Shown here: positions 13,901 through 24,907 of the stretch, in pieces
Position numbering within the stretch: position 1 is the first letter of the stretch
Layout of the letters: each line of letters opens with the position of its first letter
NCBI GenBank assembly: GCA_028023455.1
Contig: JAQFVV010000011.1
Coordinates: 6,014,001-6,078,000, forward strand
Direction of reading: 5' to 3'
DNA length: 64,000 nucleotides
Origin: Epiperipatus broadwayi
Taxonomy: Eukaryota > Animalia > Onychophora
Made by a program: the position numbers and the translations under genes
The notes under the pieces: model-generated
What the model saw: the letters and a program-made list of their open reading frames with translations, nothing else
What the model was told of the DNA's origin: nothing
Databases searched by the model: none

Positions 13901-15944
13901 GCTTGAAGTGTATGAACTGTAATTTATGAAGGACTTTGTTGATTCACAAAATTTAATCTAATTGATTCAATGAAATTATGTTTTGTTACATGTTATGATT
14001 TTTTTTTTGTAAATATCTATGTACATATTATTGTTTTATTATTTCATTCTTATTATGCTTGGGAATGTAGAACCCATTCAACAGTTTGGGAGATTTCATT
14101 GTAAGAGAGCACAAGAAGAGAAGGGAGGGAAGGAATATTTTTTTAATAAAATTTAGGTTTATTCTCCTTACTTAGTAACTTGACTTTCGCTCATTACCAT
14201 TATCTAGGACTAAAGGTAAGATTTGAACTTATCACACATTAATTTCACACATTATGATAGGACAGTTATGTTATTCATTATATTTGTTAATTAACATTTG
14301 TTATTTTAGATCTTATTTGGCATGAATGAATAACCCTCTGAATAAATCTTTTCTGTCGCATTAGAGATTACATATGACTTGAAAAAGGGAGCGGACCTTT
14401 AGAGAAATTAATATGCAACAATTGGAACTGGACTGCAATAGTTAAGTAATCCTTAAAATGTTGCATATGGTTGCAAAAGCTGACATAATGTAAATAATTC
14501 AGCTACAAATGTTAAAAGTATGTTTAATAAGCTCAATTTTATTAGTCTTAAAATATGTAGATAAATAAATGTTATACAGTATTTAAATTGATAAACTATG
14601 TTTATCAATCAAAATTAATATAGTATATTTAAAAAATAAGTATTGATAAGAAGATTATATCTAATTCTATATATTCTAAATTATTCTTTCCAAATTTTAT
14701 AATTATATAATGTAATACAATAAGTGTAGCAATTTTATTAATCTGGGCAGAGAAATAGACTGAAAATCAGTCTGTCTAAAGTTTATTGGTCATGATGACT
14801 TGCTATCAATACTTTCACACACATGCTTGTTTGCGTATATTAAAGTAGCAAAGTTTGAAATGTTTTAAAAGATTACATTATAGAATCTGGATGGAATTGC
14901 TGCCTCAATCATAAAAGCCAATATAATAACATTAAGTTAACTATCGATGTAATGTTTTAAGTAATGTAATAAAGATTGTAATGACAGTTACTATTAAAAA
15001 TTAAATATTTTATAAATGGTAAAAACTAGATAAATGGAATAAAGAATGGAATAGGTTGATAAAATTATTTAAAAGTTATTTTAAATGTTTAAATAACTCT
15101 GATAAAATAATAATTGATTTAAAAGGGTATTTTAAATAATATTTTAAGTATTTACTACGTCACAAATTTCGTATTTTAAAGATTCAACCCCGTAAAAACA
15201 TTGAAAATACTTAAACTTGTCTCTCAAGCTAAAAAGTAAGAACTCAACCAATTCCAAATGAGGTATTCTTACAGACTGTAAATATGAATTGCACAGTGGG
15301 GGTCATCAGGGAGATTGAATTGAATTGTAATAAACCAGAGAAAGGTAGATTATGATTTAATAATTATACGTTCTAAATACTAAAACCAAAGGATTATTTT
15401 CTATAAATTTTACTAAATGGATTAATAATTATTTTTATTTTTTAAACTTTAATACTTGAGAACATTTTAAAACTCTAGAGAAAATAATAAACATTTTGGA
15501 CTTATCAGGACTATTGTGAAGAAAATATGTAATTATAGTTTTGATTCCTTTTTATTTTATTAACCTAGTTTAAATCTAATTTTTTTTATAAGATTAGGAA
15601 AACATAACATTAATTTATTAATATTAGAATTTTATATTATCATAATTTAATAATTTTTTATAAGAACATTTTAAAATAAAGTGTATGAATGTATATTTCT
15701 TTTATGTTTGCAATGATCGTTATCTAGTGAATGAAGAAGCTCACTGAATATGATGACCATATAAAGGTTATTTTGGTAATAGTAATGACTATTAATAATT
15801 TATAATGTATATTTTTGTTTTCTTTAGATCATCTATGGATAGTAAGAATGAAGTGTAAAAGTTTTAATTATATGTAACACATTTTCATACAACATTTTAA
15901 AAAACATTATGAGATAGGATTGATTTAAAAATATGCATACATGA

Positions 15945-15985
<41 letters not shown>

Positions 15986-16661
15986 TGATATAATCCAACA
16001 TAATAACAAATAATTGTGATTCTTTTAAAATTTTCATGTTAGGATATTCAAATATTGTCTGATTAGATTATATATGATTAAACATACTAGAATGATGAAG
16101 TAGACAAACTTTTCTTGTGGAACAGTGGAATTGTTTGAATTATCAATGAATTTTATTTATTGTTTTGTAAATGCAGATAGTTATTTATCGATGTAAGATG
16201 TGGAAAATCTGGAGAAATAATGTTGAGATAGTGGTTGGAAGTACTTAGTGAACAGGAAACCAAGATGATGTTTATAAGAAATAGGATGTGATAAGGAATA
16301 GAAATAATATTTAGTCTCTATGTGGATATCAGCATAGTTAACAAAGCCACTATGATGCGTACACATTTTACTTGGACAGTGTTTTTATATTTCTTTAAAT
16401 ATTTGATGTTCTAATAAAGCTGAAGAAATAGCTTTAACATCGCTCATGTGGCTGGGAGGTTATTAGACAGGTAAAGGTCACAATTCTCTTTCTTGCAATG
16501 CACCGTGCCTTGTTTTGAGATATATTATGAGTGATACTCTAGCTTTCTCTTCCTTAAATCCTATGCATCTATTTCGCTATCTTTATTTCATGTAACTGCA
16601 TCGTTTCAGTAAGATATTTTGAAAAGAAATGGTAAATAATTTAGAGCTTAGGTTACGCTAT

Positions 16662-17161
16662 NNNNNNNNNNNNNNNNNNNNNNNNNNNNNNNNNNNNNNN
16701 NNNNNNNNNNNNNNNNNNNNNNNNNNNNNNNNNNNNNNNNNNNNNNNNNNNNNNNNNNNNNNNNNNNNNNNNNNNNNNNNNNNNNNNNNNNNNNNNNNNN
16801 NNNNNNNNNNNNNNNNNNNNNNNNNNNNNNNNNNNNNNNNNNNNNNNNNNNNNNNNNNNNNNNNNNNNNNNNNNNNNNNNNNNNNNNNNNNNNNNNNNNN
16901 NNNNNNNNNNNNNNNNNNNNNNNNNNNNNNNNNNNNNNNNNNNNNNNNNNNNNNNNNNNNNNNNNNNNNNNNNNNNNNNNNNNNNNNNNNNNNNNNNNNN
17001 NNNNNNNNNNNNNNNNNNNNNNNNNNNNNNNNNNNNNNNNNNNNNNNNNNNNNNNNNNNNNNNNNNNNNNNNNNNNNNNNNNNNNNNNNNNNNNNNNNNN
17101 NNNNNNNNNNNNNNNNNNNNNNNNNNNNNNNNNNNNNNNNNNNNNNNNNNNNNNNNNNNNN
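16662..17161. other. Assembly gap (500 N)
   Basis: Run of N; the true length is unknown. Confidence 0.99.
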
Positions 17162-17224
17162 TATATGTCTGTATTAAATGTAAACTTAATTTAGTTAGTC
17201 AGATTCGAGTTTGTTAAAATAATC

Positions 17225-17256
<32 letters not shown>

Positions 17257-17892
17257 TGATATGGGATGACGGGTTTGGTAACTTCAGATTATTAAATTAT
17301 TAATATGATAGATGTTCATTATTGACATATAAACCACATGTATATATATATATTGTTATCTATATTTGTAAATACCGTTTAAACATTTTGGATTTATTTA
17401 AATTTTTTAATCTAATCATTTTTTAATGCCAAATAAATATTATAGAATATGTTAAACGTGATGCTGTCTCTTTAGTTTATTAAATCAATCATTGCATTCA
17501 TCAATAAAACTAATGCTTACCTATCTGAACACACACATTAATTACATTGGAGAGAACTTAGGTAAATAAGTTTCACTAATTGCGACTTTTATAGAAGTAA
17601 TGTGATTATCATTATGGATAAGTACATCCCTGTTAATAGAGTTAAAAGTGAAATCCCTATGAGTTTAAATACTGAGGCATAATGGAACCGAAAGAGGGTG
17701 TGAAATGCGGATGATCTGACCCAAGTTGCATCTAAATTTAATAAATGAGTATTAAGCTAATCTATTGGAAGTGGATGCAATCATAGAATATGTACTTTAT
17801 CGTGTTGTCTCCAGCATTCTATCTGAAGACCCTAGGTCCAATGTAGTTAGCTGTGACTCTCTCTTCCAAACATCATCGTCAGGACTGTTACA
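17162..17892. mobile_element. LTR-like segment ending in GACTGTTACA|ATAT
   Basis: The terminus resembles the other LTR ends and is followed by (AT)n; an AATAAA lies at ~17740. The other end is hidden by or lies before the gap. Confidence 0.4.
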
Positions 17893-17970
17893 ATATATAT
17901 ATATATATTGATTCATAAATGAAAGAGGCCATGATTATTGACCAGTTTGATATCATTTATTTTTTGAAGG

Positions 17971-18073
17971 CTTCTTGGTTATTGTGTACAAAGTAGTAGA
18001 AACTACGGGAGCACAAGAATCTCTTCTTGGTTATTGTGTACAAAGTAGTAGAAACTACGGGAGCACAAGAATC
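17971..18073. repeat. Perfect local tandem duplication, 52-bp period
   Basis: cttcttggttattgtgtacaaagtagtagaaactacgggagcacaagaatc occurs at 17971 and 18023. Confidence 0.95.
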
Positions 18074-18402
18074 AATCATTCAATTGCTAAAAATTTCTAT
18101 TATGTTTAAAAGATTCAAATCCAATGGTGAATGAAAAGTTGATTTACACACTAATGAAATTCGATCATTGAACAAAAGAAATAGCCATCAAAATTAAATG
18201 TTCAGTTATCCACAGAGGATTCTGAAAAGCAGAAGCATTAGTTTTGGCTTCAAGTTTAGTTTTCAACCTGGAAGTCTACAAATGATATTGTGTATATCAT
18301 GTTGTTCAAATGAATTTTTTTGGAATTTAAATATGTACAATCTGGCATCCTATTGTACTCCATTCAATAGAACTTCCATTGCATTATCAAGTTAGAACAT
18401 AC

Positions 18403-20363
18403 TGTAACCGCCCCATCGCCGTCTTCCTTACCGAAAGCCCAGTAAAGTCACGTCCTTTATCTGGACGCTTTTGCCGTATTCCTACGGTGACATTCTCGTG
18501 TTTTGGTTGATGGTTCACTTCTATGAACCTGCTGTGTTCTTGCGTCTGGGGAATTACATAATGTTCTGTGAAGATAATTTCAAACACATATACACGTACG
18601 CTTTATTTATTTTATACGTAAATTCGGATTGAATCCAAGTAGTAGGCGCCAGGAGAACTTTTATAAGAGTCCGCCACGTATGTGCATAAGCTCACTCAAC
18701 TATATCACAAAACATGCCCGTGCATCACTCCAGTCGGAAGCAAGAAACGAACACAGCCAATATCACCTTTCAAATTACATCGTATATGTGATCTTTCAAT
18801 CACGATCAATCAGACTTATCATATGAGGGCCCACCCTATATCCCACAGAATAAATTAATCAAAACTTAATATTAATCTAAGAAAGCATAATAAACATAAA
18901 CATAAATATAATCAAATCCCAACACCAAAAATATCAAATGCATTCATTCATATACAAACAAATTTGATCGCTCCAGCACTCATTCCCTATTATATAAATT
19001 TATGTTGAAATTCCAAGCAATTAATAACAAAAAATACTAGTTAAATAAATGTTTTATTTTAATCTGTTTAATAACAATTCATGCAGGTATATGACCGGCA
19101 AGCCGAGATAATTTAAATATAGATTTCAAGGTGACTTCGCACATATTTTAAAGAATGTTAATCTGTAGGCAAACTTATTTGGTTAGGTTCTCTAATCGTT
19201 CATTAATGGTCATGAGTAACTTTATCATTTTAGCTTAATGTTTTAATAGTTCTTGTTTTTAAAGTTATTTTACTTTGGTGCATAAGTGAATACGACAATT
19301 TAAAGATAGCTACCTGTGGAATGTAGAAAGACTGTAAGAGGGATCCTGAGCGATGATTTCTTCTTTAACGAAGCATTCTGGCAATTTGCAAGGTCTCAAA
19401 AGCGTGTGTGGTCCTTATGTGAAGTTTCTCCGGTGTTACGAGCATCCTAGGGGCAATCAGCTGAGCTGGACGCGGAGGTCCGGCGGTCAAGCCGCGAATT
19501 TTATGTTCAGCAACGCATCTCCGTTATATTTCTACACGAAAGTTAGATTTTATTTCTTCTCTAGTTCTAATTTTTTTTAATAATCATTAAAAGCGCTGTC
19601 CGGCCTTTTTGATCTCTTCCTTCCCGCCCTCACACCTTGAATTTTTTTCACCCAATCACTCCCATGCACCTGTGAGTCCCTTCATCTTATAAGTCCATCG
19701 AGTATTAACTCAATTCAGTGATTTCTGGGATCGTTTGCACCACTTTGGAATTTAACTCAATTTGACCATTTTTTCAGGTATTGTTTCGCTGGAGACAGAA
19801 GTCTGAGTTGTACAATAGCAGTGTACACTTTTTCTCACCTCTGTTTCTAAATTCGGCTTATTTTATCTAGGCGTACCAACGCATATCCTGCCTATTGTTT
19901 CAATTTCTCTAATTTTACATTTACTAATTACCCCCATTTAAAATAATTTTAGATCGCTTGGAATTTCAGAACATATTGCAAATTAATTAATTCATTTTCC
20001 CCTTTTGTTCAAAATGACTCAAATGATTTAATAAAAATGTCAAACTTGCGTTCAATCATTCATCTTTCTTTATTTAATTAAAAAAATGCAAAAAAAAACT
20101 TACAACTAATGATTACAGATTTATTCTTAAAAAAAAAACAAAATAATAAAAAAAACTCTTTTACTTTTTTATTTCAATAAATTTGACAGGTACTCTTATA
20201 TAGCTGCGATCATGCTTTAGAAACGGCTGTTTCTCGTTTATTATTAAAGCAAGACCGCTTTTTTAAAAGTTTTGTTCCTGTCATTCATTTCGTCAATTGA
20301 ATATATGTTTAATATAACCTCATATGCCTGGGTTCAAATCCCATGTAACGCTATTCCGTTACA
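18403..20363 (-). repeat. 3' LTR (1961 bp)
   Basis: Direct repeat of 24908-26865. Manual alignment gives about 12 substitutions and 4 small indels. Confidence 0.97.
18602..18665 (-). promoter_or_regulatory. LTR TATA box (TATAAAA, 18665-18659) and poly(A) signals (AATAAA, 18611-18602); TATA of the 5' LTR at 25172-25166
   Basis: The minus strand reads TATAAAAG, then AATAAATAAA about 50 nt downstream. This fits a short R region and a ~1.7-kb U3. Motif-based only. Confidence 0.55.
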
Positions 20364-20376
20364 TATCTCCCCGCCC
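20364..20376 (-). other. Polypurine tract
   Basis: Minus strand GGGCGGGGAGATA directly abuts the 3' LTR start TGTAAC. Confidence 0.85.
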
Positions 20377-20428
20377 GGTGTAGAGTAAAATCCGAGGTTG
20401 CGGGTTTTAGCTCTGAGAAGGAGCCAAG

Positions 20429-23400
20429 TTATTCGGCCCTCTTCAGTGCCCTTGCATTGAAAGTCCCCTTAATCATTTTTCCTCGTGCCAGTACAAAGGC
20501 ATTATTCCCGTATGCCCTGACGATCTCGTAGGGGCCATCGTAGAGGTCAAGGAACTTCTTAAATATGTTCTGGTCTGGCCGACTGACCGGATTTGATCTT
20601 ACCATAACTCTGTCTCCCACAGTGAAGGTGTTTTGGATTGGCCTATCGGTCTGCCTTCGCTTTTCCCCCATATGTTCTAATCTCCGTAATGCTACCTGGT
20701 TATCATGTTTTCGGTCCACTCTCCCTGTCCGGATCGCAGGTCTATCATCGTAAGGATACGGTATCGGTCGTCCGTAATGAAGTCGACTTGGTTCAAGCCC
20801 AGTGGACTCATTTTTTGAGGTATTGATCATATCAATGATCCGGGGAATTTCCCGAACCCATTTCCGATGATCTCCCGCAGTGTACACATGGAATAGCCGC
20901 CCCAACTCACGCATCACCCGCTCGCATGGGTTGCTTTGCGGATTCCGGATAGACGTCATATGATGTTTGACCCCAATTCGGTTCACCCATTGTCTCCACG
21001 TCTTTGATACAAAGGGCGTACCATGATCTGATAAAATGCACTTAGGCTTCCCGATGATGGGAAACTGTTTGGTTTCCAACAGTTTGATGGTCTGGTTCGC
21101 ATTTGCCCGGGCCATAGGGTACGCCGCGACCATTTTGGAGCACAAATCATAAGTAACCAGTAAATATCTCTTCCCCCCAAACATTGGCAATGGGCCGTAG
21201 TAATCAATAGCCAAAGTGTGGTTTGGCTCCTGGACGATAATCGGTATCTGCGATCCTTCATTTGATCGGTTTAATGGTTTTGTCCTCGCACAGACCTCAC
21301 ACTTCCGGAGTCTTCTGGCAATGTCTTGGGACATCCCTGGCCAATAAAACCAATTACTAAGGTACCCCTCAGTCTTGCTGGTTCCGTAATGGCCACGTTC
21401 CTGATGTGTCTTATCCACCAGTTGATCCCGCATTCCCTTCGGTATTACGATACGGGTTTGTTTCCCATTCCCGGTTTTCCTTTGGACTATCCCTTCCAGC
21501 ATGATGCATCGGTCCCGATACTTCCATAACCGACCCCCAGTCTCTTCCTTTTTTTGACCTGCCCCCACATTTCGCTTCCTTTCACGTATGTATCGGATTA
21601 TTTGTTGACACTCTTCGTCCCCTTCCTGGCCCCTCCGAATGTTGTTCGCACTAAACTCACCCTCTTTGCTTCGCCGGGTAGTAGCGGCAATGTACGCGAA
21701 TTCCTCAGCCTCAACATTTGGCTGTTGTCCCACAGGGTAACGGCTCAGCGCGTCCGCAACCACGTTATCCTTCCCTTTGCAATATTCCACTTCGTACTGG
21801 AACTCCTGCAGGGCTAGGCTCCACCTCTCTAATCTATTGTTTGTCAAAAAACTTTTATTAAGGAATTCGAGGCTCCGATGGTCGGTGATTACTTTCACTT
21901 TGGATCCGACCAGGTATTGTCTGAATTTTTTGAAAGCCCATACTATGGCGAGGGCTTCCCGTTCTGTGACCGTGTATCTCCGTTCGGGGTCCTTGAGTAG
22001 TCGGCTGATGAAGGCCAACACCCTTTGTTCACCCTCCAGTCCCTTTTGGTACAAAGTTGCTCCTAACCCGATGTCGCTACTGTCGGTCTGTACCCAAAAG
22101 GTCTGGTCGAAGTCCGGGTACGCTAACATGGTCTGTTTTAAAAATCCTTCTTTCACCCTCTGGAAGCTCCGTTCTCTTTTCTCATCCCATACCCACACTT
22201 GCTCCTTTCTTAATAATTGTAGTAGGGGTTCCATATCGTGGGAGAAGTTTTCATAAAATTTGTTGTAGAACGTGCACATTCCGAGGAATGCTTTAATATC
22301 TTTTCTCTTTTTCGGAACTGGAAATTCTTGGATGGCCTGAATCTTCTCGGGGTTAGGCCGTATCCCATCCTGGCTTATGATGTGTCCCAAGAACTTAACT
22401 TCCTGGGTCACAAAGTGGCTTTTCTTTAGGTTTATTTTTATTCCCTTCTGTTCGCATTCATGGAGCAACATTTCTAAGTGCTGACAATGCTCCTCTATGT
22501 CTCCAGATGCTATAATGATATCATCTACGTACATGGTGACAAATTTCTTGACTTCATCTGATAGGGTTTGGTCCATGCACTGCACTAAGCCTGCCCCACT
22601 ATTCCTTAATCCGAAAGGCATGCGGTTGAACTGGTACGCCCGTCCGTTATATTTGAATGCAGTGTATTTCCGATCATCCGGATGGAGGCTCATTTGCCAG
22701 TAACTATTTGTCAAATCCACAGTGGAAAAAATTCTCTTGTTCTGAAATCTAGTCATCAGTTCGCTCATGATGGGCGGAGCGTTTGTATCCGGAATTGTCA
22801 CCTTGTTCAGTTGCCTAGCATCGAGGCACAATCGTATCGATCCGTCACCTTTTTTTACGGCTAAGATTGGGTTGTTGTATGGTGAAGTACACTTTGAAAT
22901 AACCCCCCACTCTATCATCTGCTCCAGCTGAGTTTCGATCTCCTTCCGGTATTGGAAAGGTATTGGATACGTTCTCGTTTGATATGGGTTGCTGGTGTTC
23001 AACCGGATTCGGTGTTCGTACCCATTGATTACTCCCGGCTTGTCCGAGAAAACACTCTCGTAGGTCTCCAGTATTCCTTGAATCTTCTCTCTTTGCCCTT
23101 TACTTGGTCCCGTCATTTCATCAACTCTTTTCTCGATCACCCCCTTTACCATGATGCACTGCAGTTTCTTCTGCCCTTCTGGCTCTCTATTCATGGTTCC
23201 CCCAAAGGGCACGGTGACTCTCCCAATTCTTGCTTGTCCGGTCCCGTAATCGATGCTACATTTTGCCATCCTCATGAAGTCAGACCCTAACACCAAGTCG
23301 TGTATCAGCCCCTCAAGTATTAACACAATCTGGGTGAATTCCTGCCCTGCGATAACTATGTTCGCCCACACCTGTTTGGTCTGTATCTTTGCTCTTTTCC

Positions 23401-24136
23401 CATTGGCCAGTATGATCTGGGTCCCTTTCAACGGTAGGATTTTCATTTCTGTTGGCCCTTGGGCAATCCTGTCGAAGGTTTCCTGAGCCATTACAGTCAC
23501 CTGACTTCCTGTATCCAGCAGCGCCCTTGCATGAACCCCTTGGATTGATACCTCGATCTTTGGGCACTCTTGTTTTCCCCGAGGCCCTTCCCCCCTTTCA
23601 TCTTGTGTTATATTAGCTATCCTAATTTCATCATTCCCTTCTTTGACAAAGTAGTCATCGTTTTCGGCCGCATCCAACACCTCCAATACTCGTTTTATTT
23701 CAGTTTCCCCCTCAATAATTCGTCTGATCTCCCTGGGCAGGTTGCGCCCTGCTATCCTAATTTTCCGCTCTTCCGGTACTTGGTATTCGTTTATTTTTCT
23801 TAATCTCGCCATCTGTCGCTGTATGAAAGTACTGTACGTCTCATCCTCATCCCTTTTGCTTTGTTCGATTGCCCACTTTTCCCTTTCTTGTTGGGCTAGT
23901 CCCCAATATCTTCCCATTATGGCTCTTTGGTATTCTTCGAATGTTTCCGGTTTCTCTTTCATCGCCTCCCACCATTCCATTGCTTCCCCTTGGATGTGGC
24001 TGCATGCAATTGCTATCTTCGATTCTTCGCTAAACTGCCCGCATGAGAACAACCTCTTCAGACTTTCCACATGTCGACATGGGCTTTCGTCTCCCTTCCC
24101 TTCGAACTGTTCGAGTTTAATCCACTTTCCCTCCAT
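20429..24136 (-). CDS. Gag-Pol polyprotein, 1235 aa: short capsid, aspartic protease, RT, RNase H, integrase
   Basis: Protease LLDTGS (D208, ~23515); RT YVDD (22531-22520); RNase H motifs QTDSS, TEREALA, TDH, ADALSR; integrase HHCC (HQERGH...CEVC), core IDYYG / SDHG / SNPCER with D,D(34)E spacing by my count, and GPY motif (YDGPYEI). No stops or frameshifts. Confidence 0.97.
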   Translation of the reverse strand: MEGKWIKLEQFEGKGDESPCRHVESLKRLFSCGQFSEESKIAIACSHIQGEAMEWWEAMKEKPETFEEYQRAIMGRYWGLAQQEREKWAIEQSKRDEDETYSTFIQRQMARLRKINEYQVPEERKIRIAGRNLPREIRRIIEGETEIKRVLEVLDAAENDDYFVKEGNDEIRIANITQDERGEGPRGKQECPKIEVSIQGVHARALLDTGSQVTVMAQETFDRIAQGPTEMKILPLKGTQIILANGKRAKIQTKQVWANIVIAGQEFTQIVLILEGLIHDLVLGSDFMRMAKCSIDYGTGQARIGRVTVPFGGTMNREPEGQKKLQCIMVKGVIEKRVDEMTGPSKGQREKIQGILETYESVFSDKPGVINGYEHRIRLNTSNPYQTRTYPIPFQYRKEIETQLEQMIEWGVISKCTSPYNNPILAVKKGDGSIRLCLDARQLNKVTIPDTNAPPIMSELMTRFQNKRIFSTVDLTNSYWQMSLHPDDRKYTAFKYNGRAYQFNRMPFGLRNSGAGLVQCMDQTLSDEVKKFVTMYVDDIIIASGDIEEHCQHLEMLLHECEQKGIKINLKKSHFVTQEVKFLGHIISQDGIRPNPEKIQAIQEFPVPKKRKDIKAFLGMCTFYNKFYENFSHDMEPLLQLLRKEQVWVWDEKRERSFQRVKEGFLKQTMLAYPDFDQTFWVQTDSSDIGLGATLYQKGLEGEQRVLAFISRLLKDPERRYTVTEREALAIVWAFKKFRQYLVGSKVKVITDHRSLEFLNKSFLTNNRLERWSLALQEFQYEVEYCKGKDNVVADALSRYPVGQQPNVEAEEFAYIAATTRRSKEGEFSANNIRRGQEGDEECQQIIRYIRERKRNVGAGQKKEETGGRLWKYRDRCIMLEGIVQRKTGNGKQTRIVIPKGMRDQLVDKTHQERGHYGTSKTEGYLSNWFYWPGMSQDIARRLRKCEVCARTKPLNRSNEGSQIPIIVQEPNHTLAIDYYGPLPMFGGKRYLLVTYDLCSKMVAAYPMARANANQTIKLLETKQFPIIGKPKCILSDHGTPFVSKTWRQWVNRIGVKHHMTSIRNPQSNPCERVMRELGRLFHVYTAGDHRKWVREIPRIIDMINTSKNESTGLEPSRLHYGRPIPYPYDDRPAIRTGRVDRKHDNQVALRRLEHMGEKRRQTDRPIQNTFTVGDRVMVRSNPVSRPDQNIFKKFLDLYDGPYEIVRAYGNNAFVLARGKMIKGTFNARALKRAE

Positions 24137-24883
24137 TCTGTTTGATGCCCAATTTGTAATTAATTATAATAATCCGCGGCTCGTTACCTACTACTCCGCG
24201 GGTCCCACTGACTGTCTTATCCTATCCTCAGATGCTCCTTGCCCTTCAAAATTCCCACAGCTCCTGTCATTCCTCCAATTTGGTTTCTATCGCTCATACT
24301 ATCCCAGGTCCCTCTGTTCCCTCCATTTCTATTCAGCAGCTATCGATTATATGTGCGGCTATATCTATTATATGGTTATATGCGTCTTTATATATATACG
24401 CTATGTTGACTTCTTTCTTTAGCCCCCTTTTCTTTTTAAGTAAAACACAAAACTCCTAACAAGATCCCAGTTACAGTACTTCCTTTGTGCAAGAATATAA
24501 ATACGTCTTTTAACGATGTATATATTTTTTTATTTGCGCTTAAATTATTTGCATTTAATTTTAACATAGAAATTAATTTATTAATTTGCTTCCTTTTAAT
24601 ATACGATCTTTCTTCCACGGAATCCCGCTATTCCACAGCCTTCTACAACTATTAAGTATATTCGGACGCTTGATTATTTTAGTGCTAATAAGAGAACTAA
24701 ATCCCTTTCCCACTCCCTTAAGCAACGTTTAATGATTTTATTTTATGGTGATTCCGAAAATTTCCCCCCGCTTTAATAGATAATTTATTCTGTTATTTCG
24801 AGCGCCCTCTCTCTTTTAAATTTGCTTTCGTTGTTAGAAACGTCAGCTGTATCCACGTCGGTCCCACCACTTGAAACAATAGT

Positions 24884-24905
24884 TTCGGGCCACGTTGACG
24901 CGCCA
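24884..24905 (-). other. Primer-binding site, imperfect tRNA-Lys(CUU) type
   Basis: Minus strand TGGCGCGTCAACGTGGCCCGAA starts 2 nt after the 5' LTR. The canonical Lys(CUU) PBS is TGGCGCCCAACGTGGGGC. Confidence 0.7.
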
Positions 24906-24907
24906 AA

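Noticed and set aside
15828-15841. Possible 14-nt micro-exon (tttag|...|gtaaga)
   Set aside because: Not frame-preserving and no match to the expected PP2A-B'' sequence.
16629-17177. 182-aa ORF
   Set aside because: Artefact of translating through the N gap.
20377-20428. env or extra ORF between pol and the 3' LTR
   Set aside because: Only about 50 bp is available.
23742-24422. 226-aa antisense ORF over gag, and other + strand ORFs within 20.5-24.5 kb
   Set aside because: Antisense shadows of a purine-rich coding strand; no motifs and no independent support.
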